A DNA stretch of 63,486 bases, the filler included, from Nemertoderma westbladi (Eukaryota; Animalia; Xenacoelomorpha), in the NCBI GenBank assembly GCA_032718475.1. It is 3 parts of 3 records of this genome, joined end to end, with 100 filler letters (N's around TTAATTAATTAA, not from the genome) between each part and the next. Parts side by side here need not be neighbours in the genome. Positions count along the whole stretch, not along the records: positions 1 to 18,973 come from JAUCBJ010002824.1; 2 more parts are not named here. One strand, 5' to 3'. Below, one piece after another: positions 1-14,204 of this stretch. Each line of letters begins with the position of its first letter. Within the stretch, counting starts at the first letter, position 1. The notes under the pieces are model-generated. The model was not told the DNA's origin and searched no databases. It was given only the letters and a program-made list of their open reading frames with translations. Made by a program: the position numbers and the translations under genes.

Positions 1-2400
1 AAATTAATAGAGTACTGCCTGTTCAGGGACCTAGATGCAGCCTTAACTGCATTCTTGGCCGCTGTAGTCTGTTTGAGTCGGGACTCTTTCTGCGCCTTGT
101 AGAGGTCATTTCGGCACTTCTGAATTTTGTTATCAGTCCAGGGTGCCCGTTTCCTGTTTCGAGGGTATACAGGAACTGTTTCTGCAGCTGCTAACTTAAC
201 TGCCTTTGTGAAGGCAGTATAGCCCTCACAGTGATCTGCCGCCTCAGAGGCAAGAGCCTCATACCTGTTGCTCAGCTGTAGTGTGAAGCTGGATCTCACA
301 CTTGGCTGTTGCAACAGAGAGGACCAGTCATGCTGCGGCAAGGCAGATTTCGTTGTTCTGCTAGCACGCAGACTAAGTCTTACCTTGGCCACAATAAGGC
401 GGTGATCACTGGAGAAGGGTCGTAGTGTAAATGCATTACAGTCTTGTATAGAGCTCCTGTATTTCCTACGAAAGAGGATATGGTCTATCTGGGACTTGTG
501 TCCACTGGGTCCACTATGAGTCCATAGCTTTCCAGTTCGCTGAAATAGGCAGACTCTGTTAATCTACAGGAGCTAATAAACCAACAGGTTGATGCCATCA
601 ATGATGCTGACGACAGCAGGCAATCATCCCAGGCATGGAAATCGATCAACTTGCTTACTGGTCGTAAAAGCGAACCAACCACCAAGGTTAAGGCTGAATC
701 ACCAGCCGATCGCCTCAACGGTTGGAAGGCCCACTTTGAAAAGCTCCTCAATAATGACAGGGTATTGCCTGATAACTTTATAGAAGTAAAAGTGTCTGAG
801 TCTGTACTCCCAGATATTCCCATCGCGATATCTCCTTTGCAGAAGTGAAGGCTGCTGCAAAGAGCATTAAGACCAATCGTGCCAGTGGAGTAGATGGTGT
901 TCCCCCTGAGGTCTTTAAAATACCTGAGTGTTTAAAGCTCATCTATCCCCTCATAGTAGACATGTACCGAACAACAAGAGTCCCACAAGAAATGAAAACA
1001 AATAAGTTGGTGCAAGTTCCCAAGAAGGGCAACCTAACACTCTATGGTTCTTTTCGGGGAATCTCATTGATCTCGATTGCTGCAAAGCTATACAATAGAA
1101 TTCTATTAAATCGCATCAGGGATCCCATTGAGAGACTGCTCTATGGAAATCAGAATGGGTTCCATAAAGGTCGTGGGACCATAGAGCCCATTTTGGCACT
1201 TAGACGGATAATTGAAGAGTTATCAAAAAAGAAAGACAGGCATCCGGCTGTTATCTTTGTTGACTTCTTCAAGGCTTTTGATTCAGTCTCTCGCTCACGC
1301 ATATTCAGCATACTTTCATTATATGGGATTCCTCATGAAATTATTGCAGCAATCAGATCAGTATACGATGGTTCGACAATTTGTGTCTACTGTTGACGGT
1401 GACACAGAACCATTTGAAGTGTTATGGGGCGTCCTCCAGGGAGACACACTTGCACCATTCTTGTTCATAATTGTGGTTGACTATGTTCTACGCATGTCCT
1501 TAAATCATCATAATGATGATGGGGTGATGATAACTCCACCTACTGTCTCCAGAAGTCGAGGAAATCCTGCCAAGTACCTAACTGATCTAGACTTTGCTGA
1601 TGACTTAGGGAGTACTCTCAGAATCACTAGAGGGAGCCCAACGGCTCCTCAGCTCATTAGAACATGCTGCTTCTAGTGTTGGTCTTTTTATTAACTCCAG
1701 AAAGACCAAAATTCTTTGAAAGTCCTCAGCAAGTCTCTGATCGGATGAGCATAAGCTCAAAGGATGGTATACTTGAGTATGTGGATGACTTCTGTTACCT
1801 GGGATCATGGATCCGGAAGTCAGGTGAGGACCTTCGAATACGTAAGGGAAAGGCATGGGCAGCCTTGAATAGGCTTTCCAGGATTTGGAAGTCACCGAGA
1901 ATTAATCGGAAACTTAAGGTCCGATTATTTAGAGCAGCAGTAGTTCCAGTACTCCTCTATGGGAGTCCATGCTGGGCTCTAACTGCTGAGGACACCAAAT
2001 CTCTGGATGGCACATTCACAAGAATGCTACGCCGGGTTCATTGTGTCAAGTACAATGCACACATCTCCAACCAGACACTATATAACATTGGAGGTGTCTC
2101 ATTGGTTCCCCCAAGCTTCACACTAGAACAAAATCGCCTCCGCTTTGCAGGACATTGCTTTCGCCATGAGGACCAGCCAGTGCATAATCTTGTACTTTGG
2201 CAGCCTCATGGAGTGAATAAGCATGGTGGACAGCCCATGACTTTCTTGAGATGCATCCTAAAGGACACTGGCCTTGTAGATGCGGATGATCTAGCAAATG
2301 TCATGGGTGATAGGGAGTTGTGGCGGCGCAATTTTGTCGACAAGCCGGCATAGCATTCTAAATGCAGTCTGCAATGCAGCATGCCGATCATAGTAGTAGT
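1..2400 (+). mobile_element. RTE-like non-LTR retrotransposon, 5'-truncated, with inverted 5' segment (1-~548 on minus strand)
   Basis: Plus-strand frameshifted RT ORFs (FRGISLISIAAKLYNRILL, FVDFFKAFDSV, GVLQGDTLAPFLF, LDFADD, FCYLGS, RLRFAGHC) end in a (TAG)n tail at ~2391-2400. Minus strand of 1-548 translates to an AP-endonuclease C-terminus (KLWTHSGPSGHKSQIDHIL...FSSDHRLIVAK). Confidence 0.9.
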
Positions 2401-2428
2401 ATATTGCTGATATTGCAATGGGGGAATG

Positions 2429-5411
2429 TCACCCTGCCCCCCCCCCCACCACCGGTGTTATATTTGCTACTGGGGTTGATGTTACCATGTTAGGGCCGAT
2501 GCATCTATCGGCAATAGCTCCCCCCTTCTCTGGGTATATATTATATCCTTGCATATTATAGTCATACTGGTGTGCAGGTACCGGTATAGGCATATCCACT
2601 TCTTGCCTACCTACCAGTATGTATGCCGCGACTTCCGGGTCTAATCCCGTTGGCCGCGCTACCCTATCGCCTACACTATCTCTTCCAGCATGGCCTATAG
2701 TATGTGCAGTAAGGCCTACAGTATATCCTGCAGTCTGCCTGTGTCCTTCCGGACCGAAGTTTAATCTCCTCGAATATTCCAAGATGTCCTCCCTGCGACT
2801 ACTGTATTCTCGATCGGCAGCTACGTTCCTTTGGGAAGTTTCTCTTCGATCCCCTCTCCTGTCCTCATCCTCGCACCGGTACATCCTGTACCCTTCTCCC
2901 GGTTTGTGATATATCTCACCAGGTTGTGTCTCTCTAGGTCTACTCACCCCCGCCTCTTCCTGTGCGACTGCGTGGCCTTGCAGGCTCCCGTTGGTTTGAC
3001 TCACCCCTGCTACCTCCTGTGCGACTGCGTGGCCTTGCAGGCTCTCGTTGGGTTGACTCACCCCTGCTACTCCCTGTGCAACTGCGTGGCCTTGCAGGCT
3101 CTCGTTGGCCGTGCCACCTGTCCCCCCTACGTTTGTATTAATTGCACCATTATTAATTTCACCCTGATTTGTTACACTATTACTAATGATATTGTTGTTA
3201 CCTAAATTATTATTTAAATTATTTAAATTATTTTGCTCAGAATTAGGGTTGTTATTTGGATTATTTTGCACATTTAAATTAGAATTATTATTTGGATTAT
3301 TTTGCACATTTAAATTAGAAGAATTATTATTACCGGGTAAAATATTATTTCCTGCAAGAAAGGATTGATTACGGTTGTCTATTACGGTACTATTAATATT
3401 AACTCCGTCTAATGTATTATTATTATTACCCCCTTCGCCCGTACGGTTAAACCAGTCCTGGGTCCTTCATCCGGTACCTGTAAGTGGGGTATTAACAAAG
3501 ATTTCCATGACCTCTGGTTCCTCGTAAATACTACCCGAACCAGCCTCACTCTCCGATAATCCCATTTTTGCCAGTTCTAACCGGCGCTTTTGCTTTGCTT
3601 GGTATTGCATAAGCCCCCTCAACCGGGTATGCATATCATCCCGCATACACTTTCCCGCTCTCTCTCTCTCTCTCTATCCTCCCTCATACTTTGATTGGCC
3701 AATTCTGCCTCCCTCGCCTCCTGCTCTCTACGCTCATTCGTTTCTCTCTCTACCCTCGCTACCTCTCTCGCTTCTCGTTCTTTGCGCTCGTTCGCTTCCC
3801 TTTCAATTCTCTCAACCTCCCGCATCTTGTGTTCGTTTTCCGCTCTTGCCTCCCGCTCCTCGCGCTCGTTGCGCTCACTCATCTCTCTCTCCTCATGTTC
3901 CCTATAGTTTCTCACCACCCTCTCGGCCCTCTCTTTACACTCTCTCGCTAACTCTCTCTAACTAACTCCCTCATCTAATTGCCTCTCAAATTCCTTTTGA
4001 TCCAGCGCCACAATGTCTAGTTGACACGCCAGATCTATCTCTAACACCCTTCTTGCTTTCGCGGATGATGTAGCGGACTTATCGGTCGCGACGGACTCCC
4101 GTCGCCTCTCTGTCTTACTAACTTTCCGCCGTTTACTGGGGTTCTTACTGACCGATGACACCGAATCCTCGGGGTTAACCTCGGATTCGCCGTCGTGTGG
4201 GTCCGCCCATCCCACTAACTTAATTCCCCTAGCATCCACTAAGTAAGGCCCTACGTACACTACGTCTGGATCCATTACCTCGGACCGCCACAATTCAAAC
4301 AGTTCTGTGGCGACCCCCCTCGCTCTCTCACTCGCCAGTTCGCCCTGTCCAAAACGGACTAAGTAACGGAAATGTTTATTCGATTCTCCTAGCCTCTGGT
4401 ATAGTTTAGGCTGGTCTACCTTCTCCCCTCCTTAGCCTCTTTGAGTAGTTTCTTTGTGGCGTTGTACGCCCGTCATAGGCGATCACTCGTCCCGACGTCC
4501 TCTTCGTTGACTCTACCTTCCCTCCTCGTCCGGCATCGTACCGGCGGCCCCACCGTCGCCGTTCCGGTGGGCCGTCCATCGCCCTCGGCTTGTGGCTGGC
4601 CTGCAACTTCGGTACTCCGACCGCCGTCGTTGTAGCGTATCGACTAGTTGTTAACTTTCCCACCTCGTAGTTGATGCCGCCCTCCGCTTGGGTAGTCGGA
4701 TCGTCCCTCATTGGCGAATCCGGGATGGCTGGCTGGTACCGTCTCGTCGCGGCCTCTCGGATCATTTGGTTGGTGTCGTCCGGGGTCGGCGGTGGCGTTC
4801 TTTCTCCCTCTGACTCTCGGGGCGTTTGTCCTTCACTCATCTTTGCGTGTGTTGCGGTCACAGTTTGTTGGTAAGTTGGTAAGTTTCTGACTGTGACAGG
4901 ATCGTAGATCCCGACCGGGTAAGATTTAGTACGCGTCACCTTCTGCTGAGCTGCGGAGCTAGTGTCCTAATGCCGTTGGGGAAAAATAACTGAGTTTGTG
5001 TTTCGCGATGTTAATGTTCCAAATGATAATAGCACAGAATTAGTTACAGTATGTGATCGATACCGCAATACAGAATAACAGCAGATAGAATAAATATATT
5101 AGATGATGGTCACAAACTATAACCGGTCTGCAACTCTGTGATTAATGAACTGACTGGTAAATCAGTAATACAGATAACTATATGATTGATACACATAGAT
5201 ATTGGTTGTTATATACTAATTGTCACTTTGGCACTCCCTGTGAGTGTTTCCCCCTGCCGCTAGCCTTTACTAGCTGTGTTCTCCCTCCGAGGTGGTTTGA
5301 CCTCTCACCTCTCTCTGTGGCTTTGGGGCCTGTATCCCCCCCCCCCCCCCGAGTTGGTTATGAGGCGAGATTATTATTGGTAATCCCATATCGCCAACTA
5401 TATTGGTAAAA
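2429..5411 (-). mobile_element. Truncated BEL/Pao-like LTR retrotransposon, 5' part (candidate LTR ~4866-5411 plus degenerate gag)
   Basis: Minus-strand ORFs contain VNPEDSVSSVS...SSAKARR followed by an E/R-rich coiled coil, a pattern typical of BEL/Pao gag N-termini, then an N/Q/G-rich region with 48-bp repeats. The candidate LTR ends ...CCAACA. No pol is present. Confidence 0.55.
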
Positions 5412-6299
5412 TGCCACTGGTCCCATTTTCGGGTGGATAATGCAAGGGAATTGAATCCACTTACATCAATAATAGTAATTTTATTGTTGTCATGCACAAA
5501 TGTCTCTGCCTACAGTATCAACTTGCCAACCAGTGCAGCACCAAGTACAAACAACACAAACATTGAATTGTAATGGCTCCAATCCGTTTACATGGATTTA
5601 AGTTATCCACAATTCCAAGAAGGGAATCACAATCATCAATGATTCGAATGACTTGAAAGCTTTGTAAGTTACTCTGGAGTTCATTGACATTTACCAAAAT
5701 CTATGTACATTGCAGATAAGGTGTATTGCACATGCAAAGTTCGCAAATAAATTGGCACGGATTGTTTCAAGGTTAAATACAATTGTCACCTGGGACAGGA
5801 CAAACTAATGAGGAGCAATTAGCAATGAAGCGAAAACTTGTGAAATTGAAATAAAGGGTCGCTGTACTAATTATTCATGATTATACGTGTAGTGGACGTG
5901 GAAATGACAATTTATTTCTGAAATAGATTTAAGGTGGACGGCCATTAATCTGGAAAAGATCTGGAAATTTTTTAAAAACGAATGACGATTGAATTATAAG
6001 AAATGTGGATGGTTGGTCCTGGTATGGTGTGTGAGGCATTAATAATGATATATTAGAAATGGTAAATGTGTGCGCAGGAAGTAGCATTTTTGTTTAGTGG
6101 AGAATGGAAACGAGGTTGGCTAATTAATTTTAATGATGTTATCTATTCCAACATCACATATAATAAATATCTTATTGCATGTATTCTACTTATTAGTACT
6201 ACTTTACAAGTAATGAAACGTATTTGCGGCCAGTCCAGTCTAAAATCTGAAAGTGATAACAAGAAATGGCTCTTATCTCTTTATAAAATTGAAAACTTA

Positions 6300-6765
6300 T
6301 AATAATAATAATAATTTATTTATAAAGCGCCTATACTTAAAACATGACGTACCGGTATTAATCAGTCAACCAAATAAATTAAAACACAAAAACGTCACAA
6401 TGTTTTACTTTGGGCTGCCTATTAACAACCAATACATGTACAACTTATTTAAAAGCATTATTATAAAAATATATACATATGGAACGTAAATACGTTGGCC
6501 TAAGCAATTAATTTAATTTCAATTAATTAATTAATAAAAAATATATACAAAGAAACAATTATTAATCAGTTTAAAAGAGAAGATAGTGTCAAATAACGAT
6601 ATAAATTATTATTATTATTATTACTTTAATGTATATAGTGAGTTTTCAACTCCTTTTTAAATTGTGTAATAGATGAACACGAGCGAATCTGTTGTGGGAG
6701 GCCATTCCATATAATGGGGGCCGCCTCTGAAAACCGTTTACGATATGTTTACGATAACTTTCCAA
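6300..6765 (-). mobile_element. L2/CR1-like LINE 3' end
   Basis: Minus strand reads AAPIIWNGLPQQIRSCSSITQFKKELKT (typical L2 ORF2 C-terminus) and ends in GGCGCTTTATAAATAA(ATT)n at ~6300-6330. Confidence 0.6.
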
Positions 6766-6770
6766 ATTAT

Positions 6771-9700
6771 TGTAAGGATGGCCGTAGGGAAGGGACAGAT
6801 ATACTGTAGTTGGGGAGGTGTCTGGAGATGAGGGTGGACGGTACTGCTTAATGGTATAGGTAGATTGTTATACTGAGGTAGATCGTTATACTGCTGTACT
6901 GCACTGCAGTGCTGTGCACTTCTGACTGTGAGGATTTTAGTACTGATAATTTTCTGTATTTACCTGATTAAATGGAAGTCTAGTTATAATTCAGTATTAT
7001 TCTTTTGATGCCGAACAATGGCCTTACAATTCCCACCGAGATTTACTACGGGTTTCAGTACCAGTCCAGTGCAGTATAGTGCAGGTACGAGTCGATAAAA
7101 TAATTCATGTTTTCATTATGTCAGACGCAGAATCGATAGTAAACGGTTTAACAGTTGACCGATTACAGGAAGTTGCTCGAGATTTAGGGATTAGGCGTCG
7201 ATTCTGCTAATAAGTCGTAGCCTGAGTTGGTTTCTGGCTTATCTTCCATCCCAAGGACTGAAGACTAATTTTATTGGGTACCAATGCTTCATTTACGAGA
7301 CAACCACGTTGTAAGTTATGTGACGATCTTGGTTTCAAAATGAGTTTCATTCTATGAGGGTGGTGCAAACTAGAAAAATGGGAAAGCAGCAATTTTGGGA
7401 CCCATCCAGGGTTCTACAAAGAATGATGTAGAAGAAGATTATGCAGTAATCAACTGTTCAGTGAGTTCAATGTTATGAAATCTAACCACTCTAACATTGG
7501 AATTCGGTCCCATTCTAAGGTTAAAGTTGGATCTTTGCGGTTTACTGCCTTGTTGTATACAGGCTGTCAGGCCACATTAGTTTTGGCGAAAACAGCTCAG
7601 TGTTTTATTAATGAGATGGATATATCAAAGCAGGATCTTGTAATAGGCGCAGAAATGTTGATGCTAACTTCAGCTACAGGATCGAATATAGATGTTTGTG
7701 CTATATTTAATGCTGACATTGAATAAGATGGATGTATTTCTAATGTCACAATCTGGGTTGTGCGTGTTTTTGATTTTGAATTTGTTATTGGTACAGACTC
7801 AATGCCAAATTTAACTGTTGTGTTTCATACTTCTAAACAGAACATGATTGGCTCTTGTTCTAATAAAGAGGAATGGTGTGACACTTCGATGAAAACAGTG
7901 GCCATGGTAGTCTGTCTACTTGTGGCGTTCATGAAGGGATACATTGACTTTAGAAAATGATGTACCTATAGGAAAGTGTGCTCTCATGATAGGAAAGCAA
8001 ATCTCTCCACAGTCAGGGAGTTTTGTCAAAGTTCATGTTAATGTTAATGTAATGTAATGTTAAGTAATGTTAATGTAATGTAATGTTAAGTAATGTTAAT
8101 GTAAAACCTAATAATAGTACAGTAGTAGGCTATGTTTATTTGAGCTTACTAATGCCCAGCAGAATTGGGTTTATGTATTACAGATTCTGAATTCGTACCA
8201 GAAGAAGATGGTTTTGGTAATTTGGGAGTTATGAATTTGGACTCATTACATAAATATATTCCAGAGGGTTTATTGGTTCATGTTCAAATGTCGATGCTGA
8301 TGATGTTTATGATGTATGTAATGATTCCACTGAAAGTAGTGTGGAGGATGATAATAAAAATACTAATTCAAATGGTACTTCATATATCATTGAGGATTGG
8401 GAAGAGCGGCAAAGAACCTTGAAATCGATCAATGATCTTTCTGAAACAGATCTAAGGGATGAACAAAAAGTAGTTTTAATTGATCTTATTATAGAATTCC
8501 ATGTTTTTTCTAGTTGCCAGAAGATGAATTGGGGTTAACATCACTGGTTCAACATTTTGTGTCGATTACCGGAAAGTTAATAGTGTTACAGTCAAAGGCA
8601 ATTTATGTAATGAACCAACGAGATTGATAATTCTGAACAAAATAATTCTTAGTGACCTTTGGCGAATATTTATGGTAAGGGTTGTTAATTTAAACTTTGT
8701 CTTCGAAAATGTCACTTTGCTTGTTAAAGCTTTTGCGGCCAAAATGTCCCCATTTTACACAATGCGCTGGTTACTCTAAACCCTTGAAAAGCTCTCAAGA
8801 ACTTTGTATTTTATGAACTGATGTAAACTTACTCCCTCCAGCGATTATTCTCAGTATAACACTTTCCTCTCCATTCCCACAGAAACCCAAATGCTCAGAT
8901 TACGAAATCACTAGCCATTGGATATTATTCTCTTTGTTTACATTCTTCTTTGTTAGTCACCGTCCAATCAGTATACTTTCCCTCCTATGTCACCCCATAC
9001 ACTGAATTACCGGAACCATTGGTTACGGATTGATGGCATGGAAACTGGTCCCTGATTGGGAGTTCTTGCATGTTCCATACGTTCTATGGCGTTCGATATG
9101 ATTCATGCTTTGTGAACTACTTAGGCAAGAATATTCTTGCAGGTTTCAGAGTGTGTGAGTATTTTATTCACATCCTGACTCTGTCGTGCCCAGAACACCA
9201 GCGGCTAGAAAGATACAGAACGCAAATCTAATAACCAGACACACGTCCACTAACACTGACATACTACATTTGCACAACTCACTGCAACACATCCTGACTG
9301 TCAGATATTACCGCAACACCGCATTTTTATACTGATTTATGCTGTTATAATCTGTTGTAATTTATAACATATGGATTAATGTCAATAGTTGGAGAATACT
9401 TACGAATATCCAGTAGATATCTTGGTTTTCATGATCATTGAGGTAAGCAGAGGGGTTTACTATTCGCAATTGCATAGTTCAAATAACAGTGGTTTGTATG
9501 AGTTTATGCTGTTTCATAGTCCCCAACGTATGTGAGTTAAGTTCTCCCTATATGCAAGTAAAATCGGTGACTGTTAGCAAGTTAGTGTGTTTTAGTAATA
9601 TTGCCCGTCCGTGTGAGAGTGTGAACGTTCAATAAATACATCCCTCAAGGATGTAAACATTTGTGTTATCTTATGCCCACCTGTTGTAGTTAGTATAAGT

Positions 9701-10760
9701 CATATTTCTTGCATAGTATTTAGAGCACAACACCTTAAAGGAATTGTCAGTATTTAATGGGAAATAAACATAGTTGTTGGAGATTATATAGTAAAGCTCG
9801 ATCAAATAATACAAGGTATCCTACGTCTTGTTCCTACGACTTTCTGCCATCGATTCCAGTCTCCTCCCAGCTCCGGTGGGTCATACGCCACGCTAGACTG
9901 GCTTCGACTGTGTTCATCTGTTTTGGGCTGTCAGGTATTAATAGACACACAAATTAGCAGGTGAAACTGTAAAAGTCTACAAGCGCAAACATCGCTCAAT
10001 CAGATATTGAGTACCTTGGTCATGTAATTTCTTAAAATGTTATAAGTCCAAATCCACAGAATATAGAAAAGGTTTTAAACTATCCGACACCGCGGAATTT
10101 TCAAGAGCTTAGAGGATTTCTTGGTTTATCAAATTATTATCAGCGTTAAAGCGTTTCATTAAAAACTTTGGGAAAATAGCCAAACCATTGTATGAACTTT
10201 TACGGAAAGATTCAGATTATGTGTGGACCAATGACACTAAATTAGCTTTCTGGGAACTTAAAAATCGGTTAATATTGACACCGGTGCTTATTTTTCCTGA
10301 TTTTCCTATCAATTTTATTTAGAAACTGATGCAAGCGCTTTGGGATTGGGAGCCATATTGTCTCAATTTAATGAAAAAGATAACCAGTTACATCCATTTG
10401 CATATGCCTCTAAGCATGTTGACAATGCTCAGAATCGTTATAGTGCCCCACACTTACAATTAAGGGCGTTGTATTGGGCCAGCATGCACTTTTGTGCTTA
10501 CTTATATGGGTGGACATCGACTACTATTGTGTATACAGATCAGGTCTCTATCTGCGGTATGCTTCATAGAAAGGTTGAGTTGAATGGACCTTTAGCAAGA
10601 TTGGTGTTTACGATTTTGGAATATGTAAATCCAAACAATATACTGTATTATGTAAGGCAAGGCAAGCAAAGTTAATAGAAACTATGATTCTCTTTCAAGA
10701 ATTCCAAGTTTAAAAGCTGAAATTTGAGTGAGCAATCAGGTTAACCAGTTTACGGAATCC
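6771..10760 (+). mobile_element. Degenerate Ty3/Gypsy LTR retrotransposon (LTR 6771-7028; protease, RT and RNase H remnants), interrupted by an insertion at ~8600-9960
   Basis: 258-bp unit with TGTAAGG...CCTTACA termini. Protease-like ALLYTGCQATLV (~7545), RT FCVDYRK (~8560), YLGHVIS / LRGFLGLSNYY / IAKPLYELLRK (10010-10210), RNase H ETDASALGLGAILSQ...FAYASK (10322-10420). Confidence 0.8.
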
Positions 10761-12181
10761 AAAAAGCGAAGGCATACCTGCATTTGATATAGGGCCCACC
10801 TTATTCCTTTGAAAATATATACATGAGTTGTTGGTATTGAAGTAGTGACGTTTATGATTTATGGGGGGGTTGTCTGGCATTCCCCACCCCCCCCCCCCCT
10901 CCCCACCTGAGTCCACACTACACAAGTAATTTATTGATAAACAAGTATTAGTGACAAAAACAAAACAGAAAATAAATTATAACATAAAACGCAATAAAAA
11001 GAAGCATTGAATTAATAAATAAAACTCTTAATTTATACCAGGATTGTGTTTACTGTTTGGTTAGAGAGTAAGATTGATGTCTCCTCTATGTAATTTTGTA
11101 TAGGATGTCTATGACCAGAGCGAGGAGTACAATGAGCTAAGATTACAAGAAGCAATGCAAAGCAAATCTAACCTCTGTTCTGAACCAAGTTGACAGTAGC
11201 AGTTCATGCTATCTCGGGGATATGAGACAAATTCAACGCGAGGTGCTTGATAAACTGTCAGAGTGATATGCCACAGAGATAATATAGGGCTGGTATATTA
11301 CAGGTAAATTATACTTCATGCAATCTGCGTCTTAATATTATATATTTTGAACCGGCTGTCGGCCATATTGAAAATATTATTATATTTGAAAATATTAACT
11401 TTTTTTAGAAAACATCCAAAGTAATGCAAAATTTGACAGATTCCAAAAATAATAAAAAGTTTTTATTTTGGTAATCCATCCTCAGTTTTCATAGGTATAC
11501 AAAACCTCCAATAATCTGGTGATGGATGATAGAGGCGGAAATTCTGTTTGGGCTTAAATTTTCATGGCAATTGGATTTATAGATTTGGAGAAATGTGTAC
11601 ATAAGTAAACTTCTGTATGAGTCGCGATATCTCGTACAGTATAAACGAGGACACAATTTCACAACCGCTTTAGCGTATGTTTCCAGATTGATGCTTATAA
11701 GTTTTGAAGGGAATGGATTGAAGTCACCGGATATGGATTTATGGAATCTACAGAAAATTCTGCTCTGGATTGGTTCTTAAAACAAATTGAGGAAATAAAT
11801 ATTTCAAAATTTGTGCCAAAATTTGAAACATAGCATGACTGGCACGAAAAACTCCATCAAAAAATGGACATAACTTTTGATTTCTTTAGATTCCGGTCAT
11901 GGGACCTTGATTTTTGGAATCTACCTCAAATTTTGCATGTTTTCTAAAATGTTATCTAAAATTTTAATGTTGGAGAAAAACATGACCCAGAGAATGTTTG
12001 GAAGCGAAGTGCGCTTTGATCATAGGAGACAGAGCGAACCAGAGAAAGTCCTGCGCCATGGGTTTGTAATTGACTGTTATAGTCTGCCTATTCTCTTCTA
12101 GAAGTGCGGGGTGAAGGAACTAAAAAACTTGATTTATCACAATAATTTGTGTGTATGTAGCTGGAATACATACGGTATTAA

Positions 12182-12461
12182 AGGATACTCTTCCTTTGTG
12201 CGTTATAAAGGAAAGGATACACTTTTAGATCCAGCTTTTGACTCAAAAAATAATTCCTCGATGAGTTCTTGGAGGGGTGGAGTCGTTGAATTAGTAAAAT
12301 CGAGCCTGGCTAGGTTTTATATAAGCAAAGACGACTAAACGAGGGAATTTAACCCAGCCCATCAAATTTCTCGATCTCGAAAACAATTGTTCCCAAAACA
12401 TAGACTCGTTGATTCATAAACTATTTTGGTTTTTAAACTAAAACAAATATATTTGTGTCCC
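12182..12461. mobile_element. Possible short TTAA-flanked non-autonomous DNA transposon (Kolobok-like termini)
   Basis: TTAA|AGGATAC at 12178 and GTGTCCC|TTAA at 12455-12465 form imperfect inverted termini with TTAA on both sides. Confidence 0.3.
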
Positions 12462-12761
12462 TTAATCACTTCCCTACTAATCCACTTTATGATATGCCTC
12501 TCAGAACCTATACTTATTTTTATAAAAGTCTTACTTTATAGTTTATAGTTCTTAAGTACATAAAATCCAATGGGGAAATGATGAAACTCAAAGTTCTAGA
12601 TAATCATCCGCATAGATGATTGGTGAAATAAAATTTTTATTTTATTTATAACTAATATATTTATAATTAAAAACGTAAATAATTTCGTTATTTAAGAAAC
12701 TGTAGATCATTTTTATAATTATTAAGGAAATAAATATCACTATATGAAAAATGTTCCAAAT

Positions 12762-14096
12762 ACTAAAACTACTACTACTAGGATCGGCATGCTGCATTGA
12801 AGGTGCATTTTTAAGAATGCTTTGCCCGGCTTGTCAACAAAATTGCGCCGCCACAACTCCCTATCACTCATGACATTTGTTAGATCATCCGCATCTTCAA
12901 GGCCAGTGTCCTTTTAGATGTGTCTCAAGAAAGTCATGGGCTGTCCACCATGCTTATTCACTACTTGAGGCTGCCAAAGTACAAGATTATGCACTGGCTG
13001 GTCTTCATGGCGAATGCAATGTCCTGCAAAGCGGAGGCGATTTTGTTCTAGTGTCAAGCTTGGGGGAACCAATGAAATACCTACCCAGAAATAGTGTCTG
13101 GTTGGAAATGTGTGCATTTTACTTGACCAAATGAACCCGGCGTAGCATTTTTGTGAATATGCCATCCAGAGATTTGGTGTCATCAGCAGCTAGAGCCCAG
13201 CATGGACTCCCATAGAGGAGTATTGGAACTACTGCTGCTCTAAATAATCGGACCTTAAGTTTCCGATTAATTCTCGGTGACTTCCAAATCCTGGAAAGCG
13301 TATTCGAGGCTGCCCATACCTTTCCCTTATGTATTCGAAGGTCCTCACCTGACTTCCAGATCCATGATCCCAGGTAACAGAAGTCGTCCACATGCTCAAG
13401 AATACCAACCTTTGAGCTTATGCTCATCCGGTCAGAGACTTGCTGAGGACTTTCAAAGTTAACCGTCAAAATTTTGGTCTTTCTGGAGTTAATAAAAAGA
13501 CCAACACTAGAAGCAGCCTGTTCTAATGAGCTGAGGAGCCGTCAGCAAAGTCATCAGCAAAGTCTAGATCAGTTAGGTACTTGGCAGGATTTCCTCGACT
13601 TCTGGAGCCAGTAGGTGGAGTTATCATCACCCCATCATCATTATGATGATCTAAGGACATGCGTAGAACATAGCCAATCACAATTCTGAACAAGAATGGT
13701 GCAAGTGTGTCTCCCTGGAGGACGCCCCATAACACTTCAAATGGTTCTGTGTCACCGTCAACAGTAGACTCAAATGTTGTCGAACCATCGTATACTGATC
13801 TGATTACTGCAATAATTTCATCAAGAATCCCATATAATGAAAGTATGCTGAACAAGTATGCTTGAAGAAGTCAACACAGACAACAGCCAGATATGCCTGT
13901 CTTTCTTTTTTGAAACTCTTCAATTATCCTTCTAAGTGCCTAAATGGGCTCCATGGTCCCACGACCTTTACGGAACCCATTCTGATTTCCACGTAGCAGT
14001 CTCTCAATGGGATCCCTGATGCGATTTAATAGAATCCTATTGTATAGCTTTGCAGCAATCGAGATCAATGAGATTCCCCGAAAAGAACCATAGAGT
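12762..14096 (-). mobile_element. RTE-like LINE, 5'-truncated copy of the same family as 1-2400
   Basis: High nucleotide similarity to 1042-2400 in reverse orientation. (TAG)n tail at 12768-12780. Flanked by ~82-bp direct repeats. Confidence 0.92.
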
Positions 14097-14204
14097 TAAT
14101 TTCGTTATTTAAGAAACTGTAGATCATTTTTATAATTATAAATTTAATAAATATCACTATATGAAAAATGTTGTTCCAAATGTCGCGGTGCTAATTATTA
14201 TTTA

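Noticed and set aside
8606-9732. Possible solo LTR inserted in the Gypsy RT
   Set aside because: Begins TGTAA and interrupts RT, but I could not fix a 3' end or TSD, so it is not called as a separate feature.
12111-12338. AP-endonuclease-like start (VCSWNTYGIKG)
   Set aside because: A single short motif with no further endonuclease motifs downstream; insufficient support.
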